Positions 53,261-64,000 of a stretch of DNA of 64,000 nucleotides are shown piece by piece. Position 1 is the stretch's first letter. Each line of letters starts with the position of its first letter. Both the position numbers and the translations under genes were made by a program. Source of the DNA: Antedon mediterranea (Eukaryota > Animalia > Echinodermata). The stretch spans positions 960,201 through 1,024,200 of the forward strand of contig NC_092679.1 of NCBI RefSeq assembly GCF_964355755.1, given 5' to 3'. Below the pieces are notes generated by a model that saw only the letters and a list, made by a program, of their open reading frames with translations, was not told where the DNA came from and did no database searches.

Positions 53261-54392
53261 CACATAAATAGAAACTTTTTTTAGAATTAAATACGCATTT
53301 TAGCAACATTTTAGATATTATAATACTAACAAGCAGCCTATTCTATTCCAAATTGGTTTAGTAAAACCTGGGAAAAGAATCCCTGATAAAACACATTGCT
53401 AATTGATATGTAATTGTTGTTTACATATTAAATTAAATGCATCACATTCTTCTATCATTGTTTTTTTTTACTGTAACCAAATTGGTTTAGTAAAACACAT
53501 TAAACAAATTTTTAATTAATTGAATTAATCATAATGTTATCAAATGCATATCGTATTCTTGTCATACTGTGCTGGCTATAAACAAATTGTACTAATGTGA
53601 AATAAAAGCACTCACATCATCCATAAACACAATGAAACAAATTAAAACAAACAAGATTTCAAATGCTCATTGGCAGATTTATTACTACTTTCTGAAATCG
53701 ACAATTGTTATAAGATGGTGGGTACTACGAAATATGTCAGGTTGTTATTAATAGTAAAATGTGTAGGCCTACTAAAATACATATACATTTCTGTTTACAA
53801 ATACATTGCTTTCAAGTTAGTGTATACTGGTTCGTTGGTGATGTAAAGATGTTTTGATAATGATTGGAGATTTTAATTTTATTTAAAAGATATTAAATAC
53901 ATGTACTACTTTACTGAGACTTGGATAACACAAGGATAACAAGTGAGAACAGATGATTTGTGCTTGCTTGTGATTGGTCACATTACTGTGTAGCATTTGA
54001 ACCAAGCTAAAGGCAGTAAAGCATAGTAATGATTTGTGAATCGATAAATTATAAAATAGTTTATCCATCCTGTAATTGGTGAGTTTCTCGCTGTTGGATG
54101 TGTATGAAAAAAATATGGTGGTGGTGAGAGGGCCATAATGATTAAGGTGATAATGATGACATTAATGTTATTAATGATGTAGCAAAGCAGACAATAAAGA
54201 GTAAATTCTATTACATTTAAACATAGACATAATAAACACCAATTATGAAATCAGTATGCGAAAAATAAGTATCTACCTAGTCAATAATATTACTATAAAA
54301 AATTATGTAAACTTCACCAATGGAGCTATGAAATTGATAGCTGCATTCTCCGGTCATTTATCATTGTCTTCCAGGTAATAACAGCCATGTAA

Positions 54393-54528
54393 AGCTTGGT
54401 TTCCACTAAGACGCAACGCAACGACCAATGACAATCGTCAGTCTAAATAATACATTGCTTGTGATTGGTCAACTAACTTACAATGCGTTACATCCTTGTG
54501 TTTTTGCATCTCTATTGGGAACCAAGCA
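54393..54528. mobile_element. MITE family B copy
   Basis: Both TIRs present. Confidence 0.75.
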
Positions 54529-55022
54529 TTACAGTCAATGGGCTGCTGTTTTTTTTTCCTGGTTTTGAGGAGTCACCTCTGTAGCAAAACTCTGGCCATT
54601 TATCAAACTATTAGGAGTATATTGAATACTGATAAGATTACATATATGCTGTACACAATACAATGATAAAATACATACATACAATGCTTATAATATCAAG
54701 GAAATGTACAGACAGTGAATACATACTGAAACAAGCTATCAAAAGGTGTAAGAAAAGAATGTATGATTGTTTCAGCCTTCGTCAAACTAAATCAAATTTT
54801 AAAATAATAACTAATAAATATGCAAAGGACTTTTGGCAGTTTTATAACAAGTTTTTTGATATTTTACTGATATTTTAAAACTACAAATGAATATTATATT
54901 AATTATTAAAAGGTATTTAAATCAAGGTCATTGACCTCAGTAGCAAACAATATAACAACATCAAACAACAGTAAAGACAAAGAGTAAAATAATAAATAAT
55001 TTGTTGATGATTTACAATATAA

Positions 55023-55122
55023 AGTTCTGTCTACACTATCAAACTTTTATATAGACACGATGACCATATTTGGGCATATCACACTTTTTTGTAACATAAA
55101 GTTTGATAGTGTAGACAGAGCT
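55023..55122. mobile_element. MITE family A short copy
   Basis: TIRs intact, internal deletion. Confidence 0.8.
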
Positions 55123-56694
55123 TTAGTTTTAAATGTGCATCATAGTGTGTAACAGTATGTTGAGCCAGGAATGTATTTGTGCAATGTATTGAGCATTTGT
55201 TGACGCAGTGCTTTTGTGCTTTGTAAGAATTTACAGTAAAAGAAACATATTTTCGCTGTACATGTAGGCGTACTGTCAGCCTAGTGCGTTGCAGCGATGT
55301 GTTGCAGTGTGCCACCATATAGTGATTCACCACTACTAGGCACCATGATATAACATATCTTTGTCAATTCAACACACACACACATGGACAACATCCAATA
55401 CAAAGTATGTATAGTATATACACAGAGTACACACTTAAATATTAGTTTGCAAGAAAAATCTAAGATTAATCTAAAAATTACTACTACATTTTGTCATGAT
55501 TTCATAAGAAATGCCCATTTAAGGTAATACTGGTGTAACGAAACCTACTTCTGATGACTAGTCTATATAAAACTGAACTTTGTTCTAGTGTGAACAACCT
55601 TTTTAGTTTGAACCAAACTGTAATCAATAATATAGTAACAATGAATGCTTATAAGTGCAAATAATTCCACATCATGAAAATAGAACATTTAATTGTTCAC
55701 CTCATTAAATTATTTGCCCCATTGCACAAATATAAAACATTCATTATTTTGTTTTAACACACCTACTTTTAACAGGAGTGTAGTGTACACTATGTAATAA
55801 TATACCTATTTCGTTGCACCATAACAATACTGCTCATATCAACAGAAAAGTACAATTTAAGAAGTGTCACAATAAATTATCTTTTTCTTTAAAAGTCTAT
55901 CTTGTGAATACTTTAATCATGGTCCTAATGTTGTACATCTAATATATAAAAAGGAACTATTCTGTATTGCTGTTAGTTATTTGATACAATTTGAAACAGG
56001 GGCGCACAAAAGGTTTGGATGGGGTTACTGTTTAGGAAAAGGGTGGGGATGATGACAGCAGGAGTGGGAATTATTGTTTCAGGATGAAGGGTCAAGGGTC
56101 AACAGATGACATTTAGGGATGAGAGGAATTCTACACACACCTTATGTAGTACATATTCACACTGCAAAGCATTCTATTTTGCCGACAACATTTCAAAATT
56201 ATCTATCTAACAGTAATATATTTGTACCAATAATAAATGTCATTATTTCTAAAAAATTGTTCAATTATTATCTAAAATAATAAAACTATTCAGTTAAAAC
56301 TGATTTATTAAAAGCACTTTAGAAGAAAAGTTAATCTAAAAAGATCATCATCATCAAATATCTAAATGTTTCTATTTTTATGTAAATAATCACATCGCAT
56401 GAATGCAAGTAAGATTTAAACATTCACAAAAGATGTACTGTACAATAAAAACACAAATCATTAATATTCATGATCCAATATGCATGATCTAATTAATATT
56501 CATTATCTAATTTACATATTATCTAATTAAGCACCTAGAATATCTACTCAAGGTTTAAGTGTGAGTCTACTTTCTCACTATTTGACCACCTGGGTTTTAT
56601 TCAAATACATTGGCAACCTGGACTAAACATGAACATCCATTAACATGGAAAACCAAACAACTGTTGTTTTTTGGTCATTTAAAATTATAAAAAT

Positions 56695-56941
56695 GATATA
56701 CTTGCCTACAGAAGTATAAACAAATGCATGATGGGATACACGTTATATACTTGCCTACAGAAGTATAAACAAATGCATGATGGGATATGCGTTATATACT
56801 TTCCTACACAAGTATAAACAAATGCATGATGGGATACGCGTTATATACTTTCCTACACAAGTATAAACAAATGCATGATGGGATACGTGTTATATACTTT
56901 CCTACACAAGTATAAACAAATACATGATGGGATACGCGTTA
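56695..56941. repeat. Minisatellite, 49-bp unit, 5 copies
   Basis: TATATACTT(G/T)CCTACA(G/C)AAGTATAAACAAATGCATGATGGGATACGCGT. Confidence 0.93.
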
Positions 56942-57622
56942 CATAATCATGGCCATGTATTGCACCAAATTTGCTTAAAGAGTTTATGTCAACATACTTA
57001 CATGACGTAAATTGAAACTTTTTTTCTTACTTGCTTTGTAAATTCACCAAATATGGAAAGGAGATATTTTTGTAGTTATATATCATTAAGTTATGAAATT
57101 ACTAATTTACAAAATAAATTACCAAAGGATAATGGAATGAATGGAACTTGTAATGGAACCAATTTGGTTACTGTAGTGTTTACACTTTGTCAGAATGAGA
57201 TAAAACGTTATTACACATTTAAACTAAAGGTGATTTATACAAGTGGAATGATAAAAATATTAATAATTACATTAATGATTAATAATTTACATAAATGATT
57301 AATAATTACATTAATGTTTAATGAAACGTATCTATTGCACTAAGGGGATGAAAGGATTAAACAGATCAAATTAATCCAATATTACCTAATCAAAACAATA
57401 GGTAATCTTCTTACAACAAATATTTAAAATATTATCATGGCTAATTATTATTTTATCAATATAATTAAATTAAATAACAATTAAATCATAACAAATATGG
57501 TTTAAAATTGTGTTCTAAAATATTTAAAAAATGAAATCAAAAATAATTGATGGACATTTATAAAGATAAAAATACCATAAAGATCAAAACATTTTATGTT
57601 AAATCATATGTTTCACATAAAA

Positions 57623-57755
57623 GGGTCAACACGTTGATGGGTCAACACGTTGATGGGTCAACACATTGATGGGTCAACACATTGATGGGTCAACACATTG
57701 ATGGGACAACACATTGATGGGTCAAAACGTTGATGGGTTGACAAATTGATGGGTT
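57623..57755. repeat. Minisatellite, 16-bp unit GGGTCAACAC(A/G)TTGAT, ~8 copies
   Basis: Direct inspection. Confidence 0.9.
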
Positions 57756-58409
57756 ATAAAAACATTTATAGTGGATGTCATCGTTTGGTAAATTATGTCA
57801 ATTTCTAAATAACATTGTCAATTAAAATTAACCAGTTTTTAATGAAACTGGTCACATTAAGTTTTACTTATAAATTAATCTATAACTATCAACTAATACA
57901 TTTTATATGTATTGTTATTCCACTTAATAATAATAATTAAAATAATTAGAAGAAAAAAATACATTTGTCAAACATGAATACTAAAAAAGGTTATACAAAC
58001 TTCTTAAATATTCTAATTATACATTATTTAAAATTGTTTAAAAAACAATGCGATCAAAACAAAGTCATTAAATACTTCTTAGTCATTAAAATCATTAATA
58101 AAGTAACATTTTATTCTAACATAAATAATGTGTAATGCTAAATATACACCCTTTTATTTTAATACTGTACATACATAAAATATTGTTAATAATAGGTCCC
58201 TTTGTTAGGGACCTACTATGATAAAGTATGTTACTAACATATTGCACTAATACATACATTTCTATATATGTTTCCATATATGAACATTACATATATGAAC
58301 ACTAGGCTCATTTACACACCGTTCCATATGGACTTTAAACAGCATTATGTCTATATGAACATTATGTATATATAAACATATACATATACTGTATGTACAT
58401 TGTTTTCAA

Positions 58410-58478
58410 TTACACCATTGATTCTGGTTTGTTTGCAAGTTTTGTTTCCTCCACAAGTATACGTTCCTTTTGAATCAT
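58410..58478 (-). CDS. PLCB4: PLCB terminal coding exon [22 protein letters not shown]
   Basis: Polypyrimidine-CAG acceptor, TAA stop, class I PDZ ligand S-x-V, like vertebrate PLCB4a ...PATVV. Confidence 0.88.
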   Translation of the reverse strand: MIQKERILVEETKLANKPESMV

Positions 58479-61400
58479 CTGTGAAAAAAAAGAAATATTA
58501 TTATTTAAAAGTATAAAATGTCTTGATTATTATAAGTACAGTGAACTCTCCCAATTCTGGACACCTTTAAGTGCCTTGAGCACTTTTTCAATATTTGAGC
58601 TTTGTACATCTTGTGATCTTATCGTATCTTTGGGCTACTCTAATGTCTAGTTTTCTGGAAAGTCTGGTGTCCTGAATGTGTTGTATTGGTACAAAAACGG
58701 AGGACCTCAAGAAAAGTTTGGTTTTGAGAGAGTCCGGTATAGGGTGTGCTGACTGTATTCTACCAATACAACAATGTATAAAATAGTAGGTTTATGTGTT
58801 ATAAGTAAGTTCTTACTTCTTCTGTTTCTTTCAATAATTTCTCCACTTGGCTTGCATGTTCTTTCTTCATTTCATTCAGTTGCCTATCATGGTTGAATTT
58901 CATCTGAAAACAAGTCGTGTAAATTACATTTTTAGTTTTGAGTAAAGCAGTATGCATATGTTGTGCTAAATCAATGAAGTAGCGAGAGGCTAAAAACAGA
59001 CGAGGCAAAGATGCTTTAAATATAATTATTAATATAAAATATGACCATCTGTGCTGGGGAATTGGGCTGGTTGGTGAAAATTAAAAATTTAAGATAAGGC
59101 GAGCGCATCGTATGGTCATGCTTGCTACCATCATGTATATACAGCGCAAAACCTTACCCGGTCTCTTTCCGCTACAAATTTCTTGGCATTAGTTGCTTGC
59201 TGTTCCTTGATTCGTCGATCTCTTTCTGCCTTGTTTTTCACAGTCTTATCCATGGCGTGCTGTTTGCGAGCATCCATCGACTCTTTTACTTGTTGTGCTT
59301 TTACATCATTCATTGCCCTAACAAAGTAATAGATAGATGTTTATTAGAATGACGTGTCTCAACAAATGTATCAGGTAATAATCAATTATATTGGTATTGG
59401 CTGCGGTATTGGCTCATGCTATTTTTGTAGATATAGTTACCAACAAAATTTTAACAAAACTTTTATAATGAACATTGTAATAAATTACCATTCCTAACAC
59501 AGTATCATAGAACATTCTAGAATAAGATGTTTTGATTTAAGAAACCATGTATAATTAATAAGAACAATCAGGAACATTCCAGAAGTGCTATTAATAGAAA
59601 CTGTAATCCAATAGAATAAGAAGTATAAAGAATGATCTAGAAGGATAGGAACATCTTGTATATGTAATGTAAAACTATTTTCAGGTTGTTGGATATTAGA
59701 GGTTGGATATTCGATTGTAAAAGTTATTGTGAAGCTGTTGTTTAAAGTGCTTACTGGATTGTTGAAAGTTGAAGTTGATTGAAATTAAAGTTTTGCGTTA
59801 TTTTACAATTTTGTGAATTTTTTGTGTATACTTTTATGTCACAAGGGAATTCCTAAAGTATTTTCAACCGCTCGGAAACATACGTAAAGAAAGTTCGTGA
59901 CAAACATATAAAAAAAGTTAATTTGCCTGTCATGTTGTTGTCGGATGTCCTTGTCTTGTTGTTGCTGGGCAACGGATAACAATTGTTTTAAGATGTCACA
60001 GCTTTGGTGAATGTGTGTCTCTCTACACGTGCTTTCTTCAACAGTTTGATTTGATGTTAATAAGTTCCATTCCTTAGTCTGCTCGGCAACAACCTCCTGC
60101 ACCTGAGCAACGAACAAAACAATCAACGGTTACAACTCAAATAATAAATATAGGGGTGGTTAGAAATTCACTAGTTTTATAATGCAAACAAGAAAAATAT
60201 AAACTTTATAATTGAATTGAAAAAAGAAAAAACAAACTTACTCGAGCTTTGTGGTTATTGACCAACGATTGAACTTTATTCTCGGTTTCAATTTTAAGAT
60301 CCGCACATTTATGCTCCCTACAAAACATAATTTAAAAGTCTGTCAAGCAACATAAATAATTCTAAATTTATTATTTGATGTCAATATATTTCAATCAATG
60401 GTACAACTAATCATTTCAAAGATCGATCTGGTTTACTTGCCGCTGTAATACAATCCTGTAATTCTAAATAGTTATATTTTACAAGTTATAAATGACGGAT
60501 AACCTTTTAGTTATATCCTAGAGGGATTTCAACTAACTGTGTATCTTGTCACAAATATCAGTTGCAAATATAAATATGAATTGAAGAAGTAGTATTAATT
60601 TATCTTCATCATTTCATATTAAATCTAAGCTATATTTATATTAATATCATTGGTGCTATAACGAGGCAGTAAAAAGTGACTCAGAAAGGTATGTACGAAC
60701 TACCGTTAAAGTAATGTAACAATCATGTATGTATATATGACCTCAAAACATGTTCTAAGTATAAATTATAAATCTTACTGACAGTTTATATGTATAAACA
60801 AGCACATTTTAGACTAGATCACTTTCTTTTTGTTATTTATATGCTATGGATATATTAAAAGAATTATTCTGGTATTCCGAAATAAAAAGGTAAATGAATA
60901 TAGCGCAAAGAAAGAATCTCCCTTTACCCTTTCTTCTTGATGGCCTTTTCAAGGTTCTTTTCTTGCGCTTGTTTTTCTTTGTCGTGTGCTGCCACCATTT
61001 TATCTACCCTTAGTTGATGACCCTTCAACATTGACTCTTGTTCCTACAAAACAAAAATAGCAAGTTATTGATACAATGTATCTTCAATCCATAACTACTG
61101 TTATAATACTGTATGACCACTGTCATGTCAATGTAACATTGTTTCTAGTATGATACAGGTACACATGTGACACACACTGTAAACGTACCTTTGTATGCCT
61201 CTTCTGTAATGTTCCCAACTCCTTCTGTTGCTTTTTGAGTAACTTCAAATAAGGTTTATCCTTCTTCAACGATTCTATATCAATTGGGGGAACTAAATAA
61301 AAAGAAAACAAAGCATTGTCAAAAACACAGCACTACCCATTCAATTTAACCAAATATTTACCCTAAACCATTCGCTACTATTCTACCCCACGTTGCAAAA

Positions 61401-63138
61401 TTAATATACCTAATCATAACACTAATCACAATATTTATATTCCGGACCTACATTCTTCAATAAATTACCTCTTAAACTCTATTTCGCGTAATTCTTTTGC
61501 TTCAAAACTTCAAAAATTGTTAATTTTAAGTTACTAGATTTAACAAAATGTTGTTCCTGTTTCGTTATTTGCTGCTTTCTGTGCTCAATTTCTGCCTAAT
61601 TTATATGCACTATTTCCCCCCCCCCCCATTTTTTTTGTTTACTTTTTTAATGAAATATTATTATTGCATTTTTAAGTAATAAAAACATATCTTTACCCTA
61701 TCTATTTTTTCATAAAATTGTTACTCTGTCACTTTATATTATGTTTCAGGCTTGCCCAACACAAGTTTTCTTTCATCGGGATCAAGCCTTCTTTCAATGT
61801 TACTTTGTCATATTATGTATCTCCTTTTATTTTGTTACTATGTCATTGAAAGTAAATAAATGTTTAAATGCAAAAAAAAAAAAGGAATGATATTTTATGG
61901 ATAATCTTGGAGAAGGTAGAAATGTACCAAATGCTATATTGGCTTTTTTTTTTCATTTTAAGTATTGAAAGTTTTAACTTTATTAGTTGTTCATTTTCAC
62001 ATTTTGACAACATTGCTTTAATAACAACCATTTGGTGAGAAGCCTCTTAATAATAATAATAATATCAAAGAGGAAATAATAAATGGCTTAGTTACCTCGA
62101 ATCTTTTCTTTGATGTTACCAGGCACAGACGTCTGAGCACGCAAAGGTTTACCCGTCATGTTCTTTGGTCCTAAGGGCGTGGTTGGCGATTTACCCGTCT
62201 TTTTGGACGGAAGAACCTCTGAAATATCATTCTAGAGAAATAAAATGATGTAAGTTATAACACAATTTATCGAAACTTGGTGTGCCACTAAGGGCTATGT
62301 CACTTTATAAATGTACTGTACCAACCTCTTCAATTCCCATCGACTTCATTTGCTGTGCTCTCTTTTCCTCTAAGGATATAAATTGCATAGGATCTGAGAG
62401 GGCATCCACCAAGGCTGAAAAGTAATAACAGTTGATTAAACTGTGAAAAAAATGTGGATTTAAAAGTTTTAAATATAACACTCCATACGCCATAAAAAAG
62501 GTGTCTTACCTCCGAGGCCATCTGGCACATATGTCTTCAATTCAATTTGACAAAATATCGTAGGCAAAGCTAACGGAAAGTTTCCTTCTGTACGCAACGA
62601 AATGTGACGGTAACCTAAATAAAAATGAAATTTATACTTGAATGTTAGAATATCAGAAATCTTCAAGTTTCAGTGGTAGTATTCAACAGATAGAATTTTA
62701 AAATTGTATATGTTACTGTTTCACTAATATAGGAATTTATAGATTACAGGGTTCTGTCCGCTAATGCCAATACAAAAGGAATCAAACAACATTCATGATA
62801 ACTTTTGACATTCAATACATTCATTTATTCATTCATTCATTCATTTCTTTATTTGTTTCAATCCATAATAATAGTAAACATAACATACTAAAATCAACCT
62901 TATTTTTTATAAATTACAGAGGAAAGAAAAGAAGGAAAAAGAAGTAAAACTTATAATAATTTTCTCTCAAATTATTTATAAAAATAAATTGCAGAGTTTA
63001 AAACCCTTTTAGCTCCCTCTTTTAAAAACAAAACCTACCAGCAGTCAAACCGTCAAGCGGCAATATACGTTGGCCAATCAGCTTGCCATTCTCTTCATAC
63101 ACACCAAACCGTAAAACTGCTAAGTCTGGTAGTACAAC
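58410..63138 (-). CDS. PLCB4: Phospholipase C beta (PLCB4/norpA-type), 3' portion; 11 exons; 5' exons lie beyond 64000
   Basis: In-frame splicing of exons 63138-63039, 62614-62510, 62414-62326, 62231-62096, 61292-61189, 61043-60928, 60317-60242, 60102-59927, 59317-59158, 58903-58817, 58478-58410. Peptides [54 protein letters not shown] and [12 protein letters not shown] match the PLC-beta C2/CTD from memory and are closest to PLCB4. Confidence 0.93.
58539..58755. mobile_element. Degenerate pogo/Tigger-like MITE
   Basis: TA-CAGT...ACTG-TA ends with imperfect TIRs. Confidence 0.55.
58817..58903 (-). CDS. PLCB4: PLCB CTD exon [29 protein letters not shown]
   Basis: 87 nt, CAG/GTAAGA. Confidence 0.9.
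59158..59317 (-). CDS. PLCB4: PLCB CTD exon AMNDVKAQQ...[27 protein letters not shown]
   Basis: 160 nt phase 2->0, GTAAGG donor. Confidence 0.93.
59476..59902 (+). mobile_element. Solo LTR of an LTR retrotransposon (427 bp)
   Basis: TGTAA...TGACA ends, 5-bp TSD AACAT (59471-75 and 59903-07), CCAAT 59608, TATAAA 59624, ATTAAA 59784. Confidence 0.85.
59927..60102 (-). CDS. PLCB4: PLCB CTD exon [12 protein letters not shown]...RQQHDR (GC donor)
   Basis: CAG acceptor; ends at AG|GCAAAT, phase 2, matching the next exon. Confidence 0.88.
60242..60317 (-). CDS. PLCB4: PLCB CTD exon [25 protein letters not shown]
   Basis: 76 nt phase 2->0, GTAAGT donor. Confidence 0.9.
60928..61043 (-). CDS. PLCB4: PLCB CTD exon [24 protein letters not shown]...AIKKKG
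   Basis: AG/GTAAA boundaries; 116 nt; PLCB4-like HDKEK. Confidence 0.92.
61189..61292 (-). CDS. PLCB4: PLCB distal CTD exon [34 protein letters not shown]
   Basis: KKQQKEL motif; 104 nt phase 1->0. Confidence 0.92.
62096..62231 (-). CDS. PLCB4: PLCB CTD-linker exon [16 protein letters not shown]...
   Basis: TAG acceptor, GTAAC donor, 136 nt; keeps frame between flanking exons. Confidence 0.85.
62326..62414 (-). CDS. PLCB4: PLCB exon [30 protein letters not shown] (Galpha-q-binding helix-turn-helix)
   Basis: ALxxP motif of the proximal CTD; 89 nt phase 1->0. Confidence 0.92.
62510..62614 (-). CDS. PLCB4: PLCB exon [35 protein letters not shown]
   Basis: GYRH motif at the end of C2; AG/GTAAG boundaries; 105 nt. 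Confidence 0.93.
63039..63138 (-). CDS. PLCB4: PLCB exon (C2 domain) [34 protein letters not shown]
   Basis: AG acceptor, GTAGGT donor, 100 nt phase 0->1, classic PLC-beta C2 sequence. Confidence 0.93.
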
Positions 63139-63389
63139 CTAATATTAACAAAAATAGTTTAAGCATTACTAAAGAAGACTTAAGAACACCACTATTTACT
63201 GTACAAATAGTGTAAGCATTTAATACTTAAGAACACCACCAATATTTACTATAAAACTTTTTCTTAGTTTTTTAAGTTATTCATTTAATGATTCATCTAA
63301 TCATACTCACCTGTTAACATATCAAAATCTAAAGTAATTATAATTATTATCAAACACTAATTTATTGATTTTTTCATTCATTAATTGTT

Positions 63390-63515
63390 AAATTCATTTG
63401 TTTAATAATTCATTCAATTTTCTATTCATTTGTTTAATAATTCATTCAATTTTCTATTCATTTGTTCAATAATTCATTCAATTTTTCATTCAATCATTCA
63501 GTTGTTTAATAATTC
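63390..63515. repeat. ~32-bp TTCA-rich tandem repeat
   Basis: TTCATTTGTTTAATAATTCATTCAATTTT x3-4. Confidence 0.75.
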
Positions 63516-64000
63516 TATAATGACATTTTTGCTTCACACACACATTCATCATTTACCTTTATTCAGTCAACCATAAATTAATAAATTTATCATAAATACA
63601 TAAATTCAAACAATCAAATATTAATTAATCGATGAAACGTAGTCTAGAATATAACATATATCTTTACAGACATCATTAGACTACAAAGCATGGACAAATT
63701 AGTTAAAAGCCATTCCTTTGTGATATGCAGTTAACAAATAAGATATTCATACAGCATGCTAAGTTAGTATTTAATGTGCAAAACGCTCAAGGAATACTAA
63801 TCACTCATGCATAACACTGAAATTTGCAAATTGCACAAGATATTTGGTCTTTCTTTTTAGCATGCAATGTAAAGTCTCTTTTCCACACTAGGCAAAATAT
63901 TGACGTCAATCCAATGTTTTGCAGAGAAGAAAAATCATGGTACCTTTTCAAATACAAGAGAGAATACTTCAAATTTTCATCGCATGTGTAGCTTTTCGAT

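Noticed and set aside
63944-64000. Possible upstream PLCB exon ending VFEK|GTAC
   Set aside because: In-frame TGA a few codons upstream and no NPVY motif; the real exon is probably outside the window

Overview
AT-rich metazoan genomic DNA, probably a marine invertebrate (deuterostome-like SINE and PLCB4-type protein); it is not prokaryotic and has no CRISPR array. All recognisable genes are on the minus strand. (1) The 3' part of a phospholipase C beta-4-like gene has 11 exons, 63138->58410, covering the end of the C2 domain, the CTD coiled coil and a C-terminal PDZ ligand ESMV. (2) A complete PLEKHG1/2/3-type DH-PH RhoGEF gene starts at ATG 52294 and gives 15-17 coding exons that I could splice in frame (about 1315-1394 aa depending on isoform). 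(3) The probable first coding exon (signal-peptide-like) of a third gene lies at 7779-7639 and runs off the left edge. Introns and intergenic DNA are full of minisatellites (9, 14, 16, 19, 20, 24, 27, 47 and 49 bp units), at least three PIF/Harbinger-like MITE families, a Tc2/Kanga-like MITE, a pogo-like MITE, SINE remnants and a 427-bp solo LTR with a 5-bp TSD. I found no convincing wholly new biological system. The best leads are a heat-shock-element-bearing solo LTR next to a non-canonical GC splice donor in PLCB, two unrelated minisatellites ending in the same 14-mer, a possible neural microexon and alternative C-terminus in the RhoGEF, and the unidentified signal-peptide gene with its regulatory region.
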